A stretch of 42,174 bases of DNA, taken from positions 1-42,174 of the IMG/VR virus record IMGVR_UViG_3300032431_000019. One strand, given 5' to 3'. Under the pieces are notes generated by a model. It was not told where the DNA came from and searched no databases. It worked only from the letters and a program-made list of their open reading frames with translations. The position numbers were made by a program, and so were the translations under genes. Below, piece after piece: positions 7,808 through 16,524 of the stretch (its first letter is position 1; every line of letters starts with the position of its first letter). Source of the DNA: a virus.

Positions 7808-9747
7808 TAAGAACTCTTCTCCTTGGCTTCATACCAGTTTTTACCATGATGAAACTCGCAAGTGATTGGCACTGCGAAATCTTCACCTACTAATATAGTA
7901 TCATTAGTATAGAGAGAAGTCAACACTTTACAGTAATCATCTGCAAGCCCTTCTGGAGCTTCATATACTACCTCATCATGGACTTGTAACAACTGATGCA
8001 GACCAGCATCTTTTAACTGTCTGTCCACACTAACACTGTTGATATAAGACATTACACCTGAAGCAGCAGTTAAATCTAAGAATGACATTGACGCTCCATT
8101 TTGAAGTACTTTAAACACACTAGATGCACCGCCTTGTATGAGGTAATTAAAGCATTGTCGCGACGCTCTCGCATACTCCTGACCTTGACGGTCATAGACT
8201 ATACCCTCAACACGCAACAATCTACCCATAACATCTTTGAAGCAACCTTTGTTCTTACGCGCATGAGAGATTAGCTCTTCCTTTAACTCCTCGATTGGAG
8301 TAGTAGCATAAATGCGTTTGATTACTTGCTTTGCTTCTTTGACAGCAATACCTGTGATGTGTGCAATCTTATTTGCACCACCACCATACACCAAACAGAA
8401 GATGACAGTTTTTGCTACACGACGTTCACAATGCCACAAGTCTGCATTAGATTGGTGCAAGTCTTCACCTGCACGAACCGCGTCACTCATGCCAGTGAAG
8501 CCAAGCACCAACTCAAGGTAGTAAGCAAGCACAACAAGCTCAATCCTATTAAGGTCGCCAACAACCAAAGAATATCCCTCAGGTGCAATGAAACACTTTC
8601 GGATGTTGTAAGCGTCATCTGCTCTATATGAGTAGGTGTCACCAGCTTTCTTCTGCGCTGGCATATTCTGGAGATTTGGCGCGGCTGACGACAACCTACC
8701 TGTACGAGTGTTAAATTGTTTAAACGATGTTCTGAGTCGTCCACGAGAATCTACTCCATCACGCAATGGTGGTACGAATTTTAATACAGCGTCGAGGTCT
8801 TTAAGCTCAACGATAGACCTTGCCAAAGGGTGAGCCAGTTGCTCTAATGCGTCGCGAGTGAATGATGGTTTGCCCGAACCAGTGAACTCCACGAAGTCGG
8901 TAAAGCCATCTTTAGCGAGTGCCATTTCAATCTGGTCACCACTGTTAGGGTTAAACGGTTTAACAAGGCAGTGGTCGTAGGTGATTTCGTTATTACGCTT
9001 GTTATACCCTACCATCTGGATTTTAGGTCTTGTTGCAAATATTACCTTCTTGGAGTAGATAACTTCTTTGTCAGGTACAAGACCGACACGATTCTCCATG
9101 GCTTGCACCATCTTGAACCGCGCACCGTCTAGGAGTACACCCATAGAGATGAGTTCGGCGGTGTTCATCAATACGCCATTACCTTGCATGGCAATGATGC
9201 GCTCGATGTAGGGTAATTCTACAGTGTGGTAGTAGTCTAGTAAGCGCGGGTCTTGAGCCAGTCTATCTTGGAGGTAGTAAAAGACGTTGCGTGTAATCTC
9301 AACGTCGTTTACGTTGTACTCTTCAAGGTCGAGCGCCCACTCGTCATACTCCTCATCACCCTCTTGAGGTGGAGCAGACTTAAAGTCAAAGTGCATCTTT
9401 TCACCACCACCAGCTTCTTGAGCTAGTGTGGCGAGAGAGTGTGCATTGAGAGGTGCAGGATTGAGACAGTACGACATACACATTGTATCATCGTAATTGC
9501 GAATGTCAAAACCATTGAGGCGCAGAGTAGGTACATCAAAGGCGGCATTGTGGAATACAAACCTGTCATTACGCATTATATACGTTTTTAGGTGAGCAAA
9601 TAAAAGAGTGCTGTCTAGTAAGTCTGTGTAGCTGTAACTAATAGCTGGTTCGTCATCTACAGCTATACCAACTCGAGTAATATGACAGTTAATGTCGTAT
9701 GTACTCTCTAAACCTTGTGTCTCAATGTCACAGAAAATTCTTTGCAT
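7807..9747 (-). CDS. Family A DNA polymerase with 3'-5' exonuclease domain (T7 gp5-like)
   Basis: Motifs seen are ExoI FCDIETQGL, pol motif A SLVVGDLNRIELVVLA, motif B RRVAKTVIFCLVYGGG and motif C LQVHDEVVYE. The start is set at ATG 9747; the track start at 9756 is a TTG three codons upstream. Confidence 0.95.
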   Translation of the reverse strand: MQRIFCDIETQGLESTYDINCHITRVGIAVDDEPAISYSYTDLLDSTLLFAHLKTYIMRNDRFVFHNAAFDVPTLRLNGFDIRNYDDTMCMSYCLNPAPLNAHSLATLAQEAGGGEKMHFDFKSAPPQEGDEEYDEWALDLEEYNVNDVEITRNVFYYLQDRLAQDPRLLDYYHTVELPYIERIIAMQGNGVLMNTAELISMGVLLDGARFKMVQAMENRVGLVPDKEVIYSKKVIFATRPKIQMVGYNKRNNEITYDHCLVKPFNPNSGDQIEMALAKDGFTDFVEFTGSGKPSFTRDALEQLAHPLARSIVELKDLDAVLKFVPPLRDGVDSRGRLRTSFKQFNTRTGRLSSAAPNLQNMPAQKKAGDTYSYRADDAYNIRKCFIAPEGYSLVVGDLNRIELVVLAYYLELVLGFTGMSDAVRAGEDLHQSNADLWHCERRVAKTVIFCLVYGGGANKIAHITGIAVKEAKQVIKRIYATTPIEELKEELISHARKNKGCFKDVMGRLLRVEGIVYDRQGQEYARASRQCFNYLIQGGASSVFKVLQNGASMSFLDLTAASGVMSYINSVSVDRQLKDAGLHQLLQVHDEVVYEAPEGLADDYCKVLTSLYTNDTILVGEDFAVPITCEFHHGKNWYEAKEKSS

Positions 9748-10225
9748 ATACCTCAAAACTCCTGTGGTCTGTGTAGCTCATTGGCAGCGAACGGATACCC
9801 ATCTTGTTTGCCCATGAAATCATTTCTACTCCAGTTAGAGGAAACTTACCATGAGGTGCAGGATTGCCACGCATAAGATGATAGTTCGCTAGTTCTACCT
9901 TTGTCAATTGTGGTGCAATTGCGTAGTGCAAGTCTGGATAGTGAAAGATGGTAGTAGAAAGATAGGGTGCAAGAGCTTCGCGCAACTTGTCAATCTCCTT
10001 AAACTTTGCACCAACAATAACATAGATGTTATCAGTGGTGAGAAAGGAGAAGGTGCTGCTAATTTTCTGCGCGTCATCTTTCTGGAGTACACCCTTTAGC
10101 TCAATGATGAACTTGCCCTCCACATGGAAGTCAGGAACATAATTGCGGATGTACGGAAGAGACAACTCTTCATATGGTAGAGGGTGCTTCTTAATAAAGC
10201 ACTCCTCGAATTGGCTTCGTGTCAT
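9728..10225 (-). CDS. T7 endonuclease I-like Holliday junction resolvase
   Basis: SQFEE...PYEE..LPY...YVPDFHVEGKFIIELKGVLQKDDAQK parallels T7 gp3 (FEYEEWKVPY...YTPDF...FVETKG...DDRKK). A GAGGT Shine-Dalgarno lies 7 nt upstream. Confidence 0.85.
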   Translation of the reverse strand: MTRSQFEECFIKKHPLPYEELSLPYIRNYVPDFHVEGKFIIELKGVLQKDDAQKISSTFSFLTTDNIYVIVGAKFKEIDKLREALAPYLSTTIFHYPDLHYAIAPQLTKVELANYHLMRGNPAPHGKFPLTGVEMISWANKMGIRSLPMSYTDHRSFEVYAKNFL

Positions 10226-10413
10226 TAGGAGTACCTCTGAAGTTTAACGTCACCTTTAAGGTCTTCGCCTACAAAGAATAAAGAACCTTCACCTTTCAAA
10301 TTAGATTGCAACATTAGGGCAACAAAGGATAATGCTAATGCTACAACTTCTTGCTCTGAAAGAGTAGTGCTAATCTGAGAAATGTCGAAAATCATTTCAG
10401 GTGTGAGTTTCAT
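10225..10413 (-). CDS. Hypothetical small protein (62 aa), paralog of 10413-10622
   Basis: It is TAATG-coupled. It shares the pattern E..(x)LAL.(F/Y)VA.M...F.(V/I).ED..G...L with the upstream ORF. Confidence 0.6.
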   Translation of the reverse strand: MKLTPEMIFDISQISTTLSEQEVVALALSFVALMLQSNLKGEGSLFFVGEDLKGDVKLQRYS

Positions 10414-10622
10414 TATGTATCCATGATGAGGGTGATATTACCTGTGTGGTCTTCTGCAATGTAAAACACGCAGTAGTCATCGGAATTAAGCACCTCTTCG
10501 GCGCACATCTCTGCAACATACTTGAGAGCAAGCTTTATTGTGTCCTCTTCGTTTGCCAGATTTTCATGCACATTGCGAATGATATTAATCTGTTTACGCA
10601 TTGCGTCAGTTATTGTCGTCAT
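10413..10622 (-). CDS. Hypothetical small protein (69 aa), paralog of 10225-10413
   Basis: ATG ORF overlapping the primase-helicase stop by 17 nt. See the paralog pattern above. Confidence 0.6.
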   Translation of the reverse strand: MTTITDAMRKQINIIRNVHENLANEEDTIKLALKYVAEMCAEEVLNSDDYCVFYIAEDHTGNITLIMDT

Positions 10623-12237
10623 GTCTTATAATCTCCGTATACTGTTTTGTAACTGAGTCATAACTCAATGTGGCGTTGAGTTGTAATGTGTCACGCATCC
10701 GTGACTTCTTGATAACTTGAAGGTAGCGCATATTGTCTTGAACGTCACCGTTCATTGCAATAACACAGGTGGCTTTCTGTTTAATAGCACCACCTCCACG
10801 AATCTCGCCAAGTGTGACATTGGATGATTCTTTTGTACCCTCAGAGCGAGTGTGCTGAATAGCAATGACGGCAACAGGCGGCTGTCGTTCGTCAGGGTTG
10901 CCTTGAGTCAGTGTTACCAACTCTTGCATAACCCTTGCAGCAACATCGTACTTACCAGCAAAGTCACTGTCGATGTCTTGCAGCACATCTATAAAGATAA
11001 CCTCAACGCCGTGAGTCATAATAGCATTAACGCACGCTTCTATAACTTTGTCAACATCACCAAGTAAGTTGTTGTAGAACAACAAGCCAGACGATATGTA
11101 ATTGACGGCATCACTCTCTGTTTGGGTGTTGATGTCTACTACCCCAAGCTCATTACGGTAAGGGTAGCCAGTGTGTCTCTCGATGAACTTAATCACCATC
11201 TGGTTAGGTAGCATTTCTGTACCTACCCAAAGGCATTTGACACCACAAGTGTGCATATGGTACGCAACGCAACAACCAAGTGTAGACTTGCCGCGTCCTG
11301 TGTGTGCCACAATGATTAACAATTCACCTAATTGTATACCACCACCACCTAACATCCTATTGAGTCCATCGAAGCCCATGTCGATACCAGCAGACGCACC
11401 CATCGAAGTCTTCCACTTGTAGAAGTCTTTTACCAATGAAGTGCCAGTAATGATATCGCTAGATGAGAGTGCAGTCGCATCAGAGTGTGCTTGACGCAAC
11501 TCCTTAACGGTGCACTCACACACATCATTCTTCTTTGGAGGTATAATCATGGCGAAGGTGCGCCATTTGGGTAGTAGTTCTAAAGCTTTTGCCAGTGCTT
11601 CTCTACCAGCATTGTCATTGTCCATGCAAACGTAGATACGCTTGAATGAGCGCACCCACGTTGCTGCGGCTGTAAGAGCCTTTTCTACACTGTCCGTACC
11701 ACTAACACCTACACAGGTATCATGTGGAAAGACTTGGGACATTGCCATCGTGTCGCTTTCACCCTCACATATGAATAAGGTGTCAGACATACTAGACTTG
11801 GTGCGTGTGCCGAACAAAGAATGTGGTGCACCATGCCACCAGATGTGTTTCTTGTTGTCTCGCACTTCGGCAGCGAAGTCGCGATACTTCACACCAGTTA
11901 GTCCACCTTGTAAGTCATAATACGGATAGACCGCAACGTACGTGCCTTGACCATCTTCTTCTAATTGAAACACCTCATACTTGGTGAGGGTTTGTTGGGT
12001 GATAAGACCACCCTTAAAGGACGGGATATATGTCAAGTTAAGCGGCATAGAGGGTGAAGGTATTATACCCTTACTACCCTTCGTTGCCTTCTTATCATAT
12101 GCAGAGTGTACATGGTAACCACAAGCGAAACAGTGTGAACCACCATCGGCGTAGTTCACAAGATTGTCGCCCGACTTGTCGTTACCTTCTTTTCTACACG
12201 CTGGACAAGCGCTTTTACTAATGACAGCGTTAGCCAT
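10606..12237 (-). CDS. Bifunctional primase-helicase (T7 gp4-like)
   Basis: Domains seen are an N-terminal Zn ribbon CPACRK...HCFACG, TOPRIM FICEGESDTMA ... CMDNDNAG, and a DnaB-type helicase with Walker A VAHTGRGKST and Walker B-like IFIDVLQD. GGAGG lies upstream. Confidence 0.93.
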   Translation of the reverse strand: MANAVISKSACPACRKEGNDKSGDNLVNYADGGSHCFACGYHVHSAYDKKATKGSKGIIPSPSMPLNLTYIPSFKGGLITQQTLTKYEVFQLEEDGQGTYVAVYPYYDLQGGLTGVKYRDFAAEVRDNKKHIWWHGAPHSLFGTRTKSSMSDTLFICEGESDTMAMSQVFPHDTCVGVSGTDSVEKALTAAATWVRSFKRIYVCMDNDNAGREALAKALELLPKWRTFAMIIPPKKNDVCECTVKELRQAHSDATALSSSDIITGTSLVKDFYKWKTSMGASAGIDMGFDGLNRMLGGGGIQLGELLIIVAHTGRGKSTLGCCVAYHMHTCGVKCLWVGTEMLPNQMVIKFIERHTGYPYRNELGVVDINTQTESDAVNYISSGLLFYNNLLGDVDKVIEACVNAIMTHGVEVIFIDVLQDIDSDFAGKYDVAARVMQELVTLTQGNPDERQPPVAVIAIQHTRSEGTKESSNVTLGEIRGGGAIKQKATCVIAMNGDVQDNMRYLQVIKKSRMRDTLQLNATLSYDSVTKQYTEIIRHDDNN

Positions 12238-12377
12238 GGATTACCATACCTCCAACCATTGTGACTCTGTTGAAACGAAGTTCTGGATATCCACGAATTC
12301 CCATTTCATAATAGAAAACTGTGTTAAACATCGCTGACAGTTCAAGAATCAGATAGGCACAATAGAGACGGTAGTTT

Positions 12378-12689
12378 CTATGCCTGTTTCGGCGCTTCCA
12401 TCTTTTTTGTTTTCTTACCACGTTTTGTTGCTCCTTTCCTTATATAATAACCCGAACCATTACGATAACCGAGAATACGGCTACCGTCAACCAAATAAAA
12501 CAAATTTATACCTACTTGCTGTTCACCAACCAGCTTGGCGACTCGAATGTATACATAATCCTTAACAGATACGAAATCACCCAAGGGAGTGAGTACCATC
12601 TGTTTAGAGCGCGACACATAAGGATTGCGTATGAAAGTTACTGGAGTAGTGTTCGCGGGTACTCCAGTAAAGAACTCAAACGGTGACAT
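12378..12689 (-). CDS. Hypothetical protein (103 aa), beta-rich with a basic tail
   Basis: ATG ORF in the operon frame series. It overlaps the upstream stop by 14 nt. The C-terminus is KRGKKTKKMEAPKQA. Confidence 0.55.
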   Translation of the reverse strand: MSPFEFFTGVPANTTPVTFIRNPYVSRSKQMVLTPLGDFVSVKDYVYIRVAKLVGEQQVGINLFYLVDGSRILGYRNGSGYYIRKGATKRGKKTKKMEAPKQA

Positions 12690-13002
12690 CCGCTTTTAAG
12701 AATGTGTACAGTTCGTCAGGTGACAAACCAATTTTTACATTTCTACCCAAGCAGGACAGAATGAAGTTCGTACAAAGGTATTGGTTGCGGTTGAACACCC
12801 ATAAGGTAGCTTTAAACCACCAATGACCAAAACCAGACGGCAGTATGTCGCGCAAAGTTGCAGCGCGGTCTGCAATCAACGCCATTTCAAACTCAGATGG
12901 TGATAGTTCTACTTCCCACACAGACTCAACCAAGAAGTCTTGCTGTGTGTATAGCACTCCATTCCATGTGTAGTGAAATAGAGTCTTATTCTGAAAAATC
13001 AT
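12676..13002 (-). CDS. Hypothetical protein (108 aa); very tentative permuted NlpC/P60-like Cys/His pattern
   Basis: The start is trimmed to ATG 13002 (MIFQNK...). The 76-aa upstream extension in the ORF track overlaps the better ORF 12986-13678. Residues HYTW ... CTNFILSCLG suggest His-before-Cys. No other support. Confidence 0.5.
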   Translation of the reverse strand: MIFQNKTLFHYTWNGVLYTQQDFLVESVWEVELSPSEFEMALIADRAATLRDILPSGFGHWWFKATLWVFNRNQYLCTNFILSCLGRNVKIGLSPDELYTFLKADVTV

Positions 13003-13678
13003 CACTACATGGGTCGAGTAGCTCGTCTTCCCCGCTAAGGAGAGAAATAAAGACATCACTTTGGAGTGTTTCGTCCGTACATTCATTCCTAACACCCTCA
13101 ATGAATTGGGTGAGCAAGTGGTCATTGATGAGTGTTTCCACCCACTTGGAGCGCCATGCCCAAGTGTCTTGAGTTTTTTGTTGCGGATAGCGTTCATACT
13201 TCCGCGTGTACCAGTCAATGTAACTTTCATGTCTTCTCCAGAGGGTGAAATAAGTGACTACACTGTAGACTTGCCAAGACGAGGCTTGGTCAGCCGCTAA
13301 GCCGCCTAGTCCCCATCTTCTCATCATCAGTATCGCTTCTATATTAGTGAAGGCACTAATAAAAGCTTTGCAATTCCAGCTAATTGACTTGTCCCATTTA
13401 AGGGCACATAACTCATAAAAAAAAAGTACACGCTGGTCGGTGTACTCTTTATTCTTCTGACGCTGTTGGCGAAAGTGGTTACGTTCTACTTTCTTAATGA
13501 ACCCGTACACTTCATACCATAAGGCTTTACGCTCACTCTCATGAAGGTGCCCGCCGAGGGTGACAAATGGCATAAGCCATTGCAGCGCGTTATATCCTTC
13601 ACCTCCATGCGCCATATGTTCGCGGAGAAGTTCTTCGCGAGTTAAGTCAGGAGGTGCTTTCTTTCTTCTCAGCTTCAT
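12986..13678 (-). CDS. Hypothetical Trp-rich helical protein (230 aa), acidic C-terminus
   Basis: A long ATG ORF with amino-acid composition plausible for a real protein. No motif was recognised. It contains a T9 homopolymer (13417-13425) encoding LFFY. Confidence 0.6.
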   Translation of the reverse strand: MKLRRKKAPPDLTREELLREHMAHGGEGYNALQWLMPFVTLGGHLHESERKALWYEVYGFIKKVERNHFRQQRQKNKEYTDQRVLFFYELCALKWDKSISWNCKAFISAFTNIEAILMMRRWGLGGLAADQASSWQVYSVVTYFTLWRRHESYIDWYTRKYERYPQQKTQDTWAWRSKWVETLINDHLLTQFIEGVRNECTDETLQSDVFISLLSGEDELLDPCSDDFSE

Positions 13679-13823
13679 TGTCTTTTATAATAGGAAACAC
13701 AACAATTAATTCATATATGCTAAGGAGCATATCTTGTTCTTGTTCTGTCAGGTCTACCGCGATTCGTGAGACATGCTGCGCTGCATTATGCGCAACAGTG
13801 TGTAGTTTACAAGCTTTATCCAT
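13647..13823 (-). CDS. Hypothetical small protein (58 aa)
   Basis: The start is moved to ATG 13823, which has GAGGAG 4 nt upstream and overlaps the upstream stop (ATGGATAA). The track start at 13844 lacks a Shine-Dalgarno. Confidence 0.55.
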   Translation of the reverse strand: MDKACKLHTVAHNAAQHVSRIAVDLTEQEQDMLLSIYELIVVFPIIKDNEAEKKESTS

Positions 13824-14064
13824 GATACTCCTCAAAGTTGTCATCGAAGTAAGCTTTAGACACTAACCATTGGTCATTGTGGTCTTTAAGGTTACGAGCT
13901 ATCATGTCTCCAGACTTTGGACTTCCATTTTCTTTGTCAAAATCTGAAATTGAAATTGAAGTATTTAAAGAGTCACCCGCGACATAATGTCGGAGTTCAG
14001 CGATAACTTTTCTTTTGTATCTTTTAAATTCCATTCTTGCACTTAATACAGAGTAACAGTCCAT
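13816..14064 (-). CDS. Hypothetical small protein (82 aa; alternative start 14034)
   Basis: ATG ORF in the operon series. Composition is protein-like. Confidence 0.5.
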   Translation of the reverse strand: MDCYSVLSARMEFKRYKRKVIAELRHYVAGDSLNTSISISDFDKENGSPKSGDMIARNLKDHNDQWLVSKAYFDDNFEEYHG

Positions 14065-14111
14065 TGCACAGTAAAGAGTGTGCAGTTATTAGCCGCACAC
14101 TCCAGAGGTTA

Positions 14112-15209
14112 TTAGAAGCGCTTGCTGAAGAGCTTACCCTTTCCAGTGGGTGCTTTCTTGGCAGCTTTAGCCTTGAGAGGCTCCTTGATGTCGTTATCTA
14201 CCTTCCATGCGTCGAACACGAAAGCAGACACCTTCGCAGAACCACGAGCGATATTAGCATCTGTCGCGGTAGCCAAGAACTTGGTTTCGCAAGCAACATA
14301 ATTGTCAGCCAACCAGTGGATAGAACCCAAAAATTCTTTCTCATTTGTGAGGTACTTCTTGGCTTTAGCAAAGAAAGACTTACCAAATGACAGAAGGGTG
14401 CTTTCGCGACGTTGCAACTCACCACTGTACAATGTGAGAACTGTGCCAAATGCTTCGGCGGCTGATAGTCTGCCACTGAAAGCTGCTCTTACGAGAGATT
14501 CGGCGTTGTACTCAATGTTGAGTGAAGACAACTTGAACGCGGCTTTTTCACCAGCATATGCCTTACGGCTTGCGTTATCGGCAAGTACAAGTGCACCACT
14601 GAGGAGTGTATCTTCTACACCCTCTGCGTTAACGCTAGATGACACCAAACACTGCAATTCTTGGTTTAGCCAAGAGTCGTCGAGAATATTGACACCTGCG
14701 CTGTGAGCAATTAGAGAGAGGGTAGTGATGCGATGGCGCAAACCTACACCAACATACTCCAGCAGACCAGTCAAAATATTAACACGTTCGGTAACGTGCG
14801 GAGCGCTTAACAGTTGTTGAACTGTGAAGAAGCCAATTTGTGGGTCGGCGAGAATACCACTGATAGATGTCACGTTGATTTCGCTCTGCGTACCATACGC
14901 GTCGCTTTCCTCAATGGCATCATACAGCTCCTGAATTGTGAGGTAGCGCAATTCGCGAGTAATGCTACCTTGAAAGCGTGTGTACAAGAAACTGGTGTCG
15001 CCAGATTCTACGCCATCTTTGAAGGTTGGCGCATCTTCGCTATTGCTGAAGTCTGCAACTAGACTAGCCGCCTTACTGGTTAGACCAGATAACAACACAG
15101 AATAAGCTGTGTCGCCATTGTCGTTAACAGGAGATTCATCAACGAAGATGCCTTGCACATATGTACATTCAACACCTTCAATCTCTTCTTCTTCTGGTTC
15201 AAATCCCAT
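14112..15209 (-). CDS. Hypothetical helical protein (365 aa); acidic N-terminus, basic C-terminal tail ending GKLFSKRF
   Basis: A long ATG ORF with AAGAGAG upstream. Its tail resembles that of the ParB-like protein (17115-18008). Confidence 0.65.
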   Translation of the reverse strand: MGFEPEEEEIEGVECTYVQGIFVDESPVNDNGDTAYSVLLSGLTSKAASLVADFSNSEDAPTFKDGVESGDTSFLYTRFQGSITRELRYLTIQELYDAIEESDAYGTQSEINVTSISGILADPQIGFFTVQQLLSAPHVTERVNILTGLLEYVGVGLRHRITTLSLIAHSAGVNILDDSWLNQELQCLVSSSVNAEGVEDTLLSGALVLADNASRKAYAGEKAAFKLSSLNIEYNAESLVRAAFSGRLSAAEAFGTVLTLYSGELQRRESTLLSFGKSFFAKAKKYLTNEKEFLGSIHWLADNYVACETKFLATATDANIARGSAKVSAFVFDAWKVDNDIKEPLKAKAAKKAPTGKGKLFSKRF

Positions 15210-15286
15210 TATATACTCTCTTTGCGGTGGGTTAGTGTACCACCACGCTGCACTAGATGTGCAGACGGCTCCTTTTCTTTATACCC

Positions 15287-15305
15287 TCTGTGAAGTCAAG
15301 AGGTG
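15287..15305. repeat. 19-nt exact repeat, copy 1 (tctgtgaagtcaagaggtg); minus-strand reading CACCTCTTGACTTCACAGA
   Basis: It is identical to 15859-15877. Both copies are flanked by tatacc(c/a). It is intergenic, upstream of gene 14112-15209. Confidence 0.85.
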
Positions 15306-15311
15306 CAGAAT

Positions 15312-15809
15312 TTACGTCTGTTTAACAGATACTTCTACCATCTGGTCTTCTGAAACTTTAACTTCGAGTAGAGTTGTCGTTCTACCTGATGGGTAGCCAG
15401 CTCTATTGGCGCTAAGCTTGAATGATGGGTGCTTTCCATCAGGTAATACCAAGAAGAAAGCATCACCAATCTCTACCTCTGAAAACTTAACACGTTTGTA
15501 CTTCGTTGTCAAGACGCGGTTAGGGTAGTGTTTGCTCTTATCGCTACCAATCAAGTCAAAGATTTCAGTGTCTCTAATGTACTGTTCATCTGACTTTAGA
15601 TAAGTCTCGTTCAGTTCCTTAAGTCCGTCAACACTCTCTGCCATGACTGTGTACTGCGTGGTTTGCTCAAAACCAGCAGTTCTAACACCTTGCTCACGAT
15701 ATATCAAATGACAGTATAGAGCTACTGAATACTTTCTACAACCGTAACCGCCTGAGTCAGAACAGAAGTAAGGACAGTCAATTTCTCTGCAAACATTAAT
15801 AAGTGACAT
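15312..15809 (-). CDS. Hypothetical protein (165 aa) with a Cys-rich N-terminus
   Basis: The N-terminus reads CREIDCPYFCSDSGGYGCRKYSVALYC (five Cys in 27 aa, possibly metal-binding). The ATG follows promoter 15843-15871. Confidence 0.6.
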   Translation of the reverse strand: MSLINVCREIDCPYFCSDSGGYGCRKYSVALYCHLIYREQGVRTAGFEQTTQYTVMAESVDGLKELNETYLKSDEQYIRDTEIFDLIGSDKSKHYPNRVLTTKYKRVKFSEVEIGDAFFLVLPDGKHPSFKLSANRAGYPSGRTTTLLEVKVSEDQMVEVSVKQT

Positions 15810-15839
15810 TTGGTTTCCGTTTGTAATTTAAGTTGTAAG

Positions 15840-15857
15840 GGTATAGTAGGCTATACC
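15840..15857. repeat. Intergenic palindromic hairpin, variant copy (GGTATAG-TAGG-CTATACC)
   Basis: A 7-bp inverted repeat related to the 8-bp palindromes at 16733-16752 and 17085-17104. It overlaps the spacer and -10 of promoter 15843-15871. Confidence 0.8.
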
Positions 15858-15871
15858 ATCTGTGAAGTCAA
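15843..15871 (-). promoter_or_regulatory. Sigma70-type promoter TTGACT-17-TACTAT
   Basis: The minus strand reads cacctcTTGACTtcacagatggtatagccTACTATaccc. The -35 is at 15866-15871 and the -10 at 15843-15848, with a 17-nt spacer. It lies about 35 nt upstream of ATG 15809. Confidence 0.6.
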
Positions 15872-15877
15872 GAGGTG
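15859..15877. repeat. 19-nt exact repeat, copy 2; contains the -35 of promoter 15843-15871 and overlaps the stop of gene 15868-16104
   Basis: Identical to 15287-15305. Confidence 0.85.
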
Positions 15878-16104
15878 GTGTAGTAATTTTTAGCAAGTTT
15901 GACACAAAGCTCTAGTGCTTCTTGCATTGAATCAGTTACTACAAAAGGGCGTAAATCGTTAACGTTACTATACACGCAAACTTGACCATTTAAGTAATGT
16001 TCACGCTGATTAGGATAGTCATCCATGTGTCGTAGACGAGCAGAGAGCTTATCTAGTATACACTTGATAGTAGCGTGTGTAGATGGTATGTAGAATATTT
16101 GCAT
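15868..16104 (-). CDS. Hypothetical early protein (78 aa), paralog of 16762-17049
   Basis: The shared C-terminal block is VVTDSMQEALELCVKLAKNYY here versus VVIDSMQEALEFCLSVIQDYY in the paralog. Confidence 0.7.
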   Translation of the reverse strand: MQIFYIPSTHATIKCILDKLSARLRHMDDYPNQREHYLNGQVCVYSNVNDLRPFVVTDSMQEALELCVKLAKNYYTTS

Positions 16105-16128
16105 TGTTTGTTGTTACCTTATGTAAAA

Positions 16129-16320
16129 TTAAGAAGTGAACGCGCCACCTTTAGTGGTTATAATACGGTGTACTGCTTTGTCAGACCATTGAAATCCAAC
16201 GTGTGTTTTTAAATCTACCACAGTCATAAACTGTTTGCTAAAACCTGCAAGTATCGCAGGATTACCATCTAATGTGATACCTACTTCATCAGACAATTTT
16301 ACAAGTTCGGCTCTAGTCAT
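16129..16320 (-). CDS. Hypothetical early protein (63 aa)
   Basis: The start is set at ATG 16320. The GTG at 16362 in the track would sit at the predicted transcription start of promoter 16369-16397. The leader is ACAACAAACAAACAAACAA. Confidence 0.55.
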   Translation of the reverse strand: MTRAELVKLSDEVGITLDGNPAILAGFSKQFMTVVDLKTHVGFQWSDKAVHRIITTKGGAFTS

Positions 16321-16368
16321 TTGTTTGTTTGTTTGTTGTAATTTAACGTGGCTTAATTCCACCTCTAT

Positions 16369-16397
16369 ATACTACCACCATATCAATTGGGTGTCAA
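16369..16397 (-). promoter_or_regulatory. Sigma70-type promoter TTGACA-17-TAGTAT with TGn extended -10
   Basis: The minus strand reads agagTTGACAcccaattgatatggtggTAGTATatag. The -35 is at 16392-16397 and the -10 at 16369-16374. It lies directly downstream of terminator 16488-16517. Confidence 0.7.
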
Positions 16398-16425
16398 CTC
16401 TTATTTTGAGTTACTCCGCAACAGG

Positions 16426-16453
16426 TTGATGATAGTTCACTTGCGCGTATAAT
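16426..16453 (+). promoter_or_regulatory. Plus-strand (antisense) promoter-like element TTGATG-16-TATAAT
   Basis: A perfect -10 hexamer lies at 16448-16453 and a -35-like TTGATG at 16426-16431. It points against the early operon, with no convincing plus-strand gene downstream. Confidence 0.4.
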
Positions 16454-16487
16454 ATAATTGAACGTGCGCGAGGAAGAATTTTTAGAC

Positions 16488-16517
16488 AAAAAAAAAGTCC
16501 TACCGATTAAGGTAGGA
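16488..16517 (-). terminator. Intrinsic terminator (minus strand)
   Basis: The minus strand reads TCCTACC-ttaatc-GGTAGGA followed by C and a T9 run (plus-strand A9 at 16488-16496). It lies 8 nt after the stop of the small ORF 16525-16698. Confidence 0.6.
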
Positions 16518-16524
16518 AGGAAAG

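Noticed and set aside
12230-12421. 63-aa minus-strand ORF between 12378-12689 and the primase-helicase
   Set aside because: The N-terminal half overlaps the end of 12378-12689 and translates as an Arg/Lys run. Only a 33-aa remnant (ATG 12331) would be free-standing, has no SD and is too short to support.
13003-13230. N-terminal 76-aa extension of ORF 12676-13230 given in the track
   Set aside because: It overlaps the C-terminal third of the better ORF 12986-13678, and the translation there is low quality. Trimming to ATG 13002 gives a normal 17-nt gene overlap. A frameshift fusion of the two ORFs would need a +1 shift, and no slippery site was seen.
13417-13425. T9/A9 homopolymer inside ORF 12986-13678 as a programmed slippage site
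   Set aside because: No extended alternative frame opens at that point, and it simply encodes Leu-Phe-Phe-Tyr. It is worth remembering only as a possible sequencing-error hot spot.
15278-15299. Second TTGACT box as a sigma70 promoter for gene 14112-15209
   Set aside because: The only -10-like hexamer (TATAAA) is 10 nt from the -35. At 16-18 nt the sequence is GAAAAG or AAAAGG.
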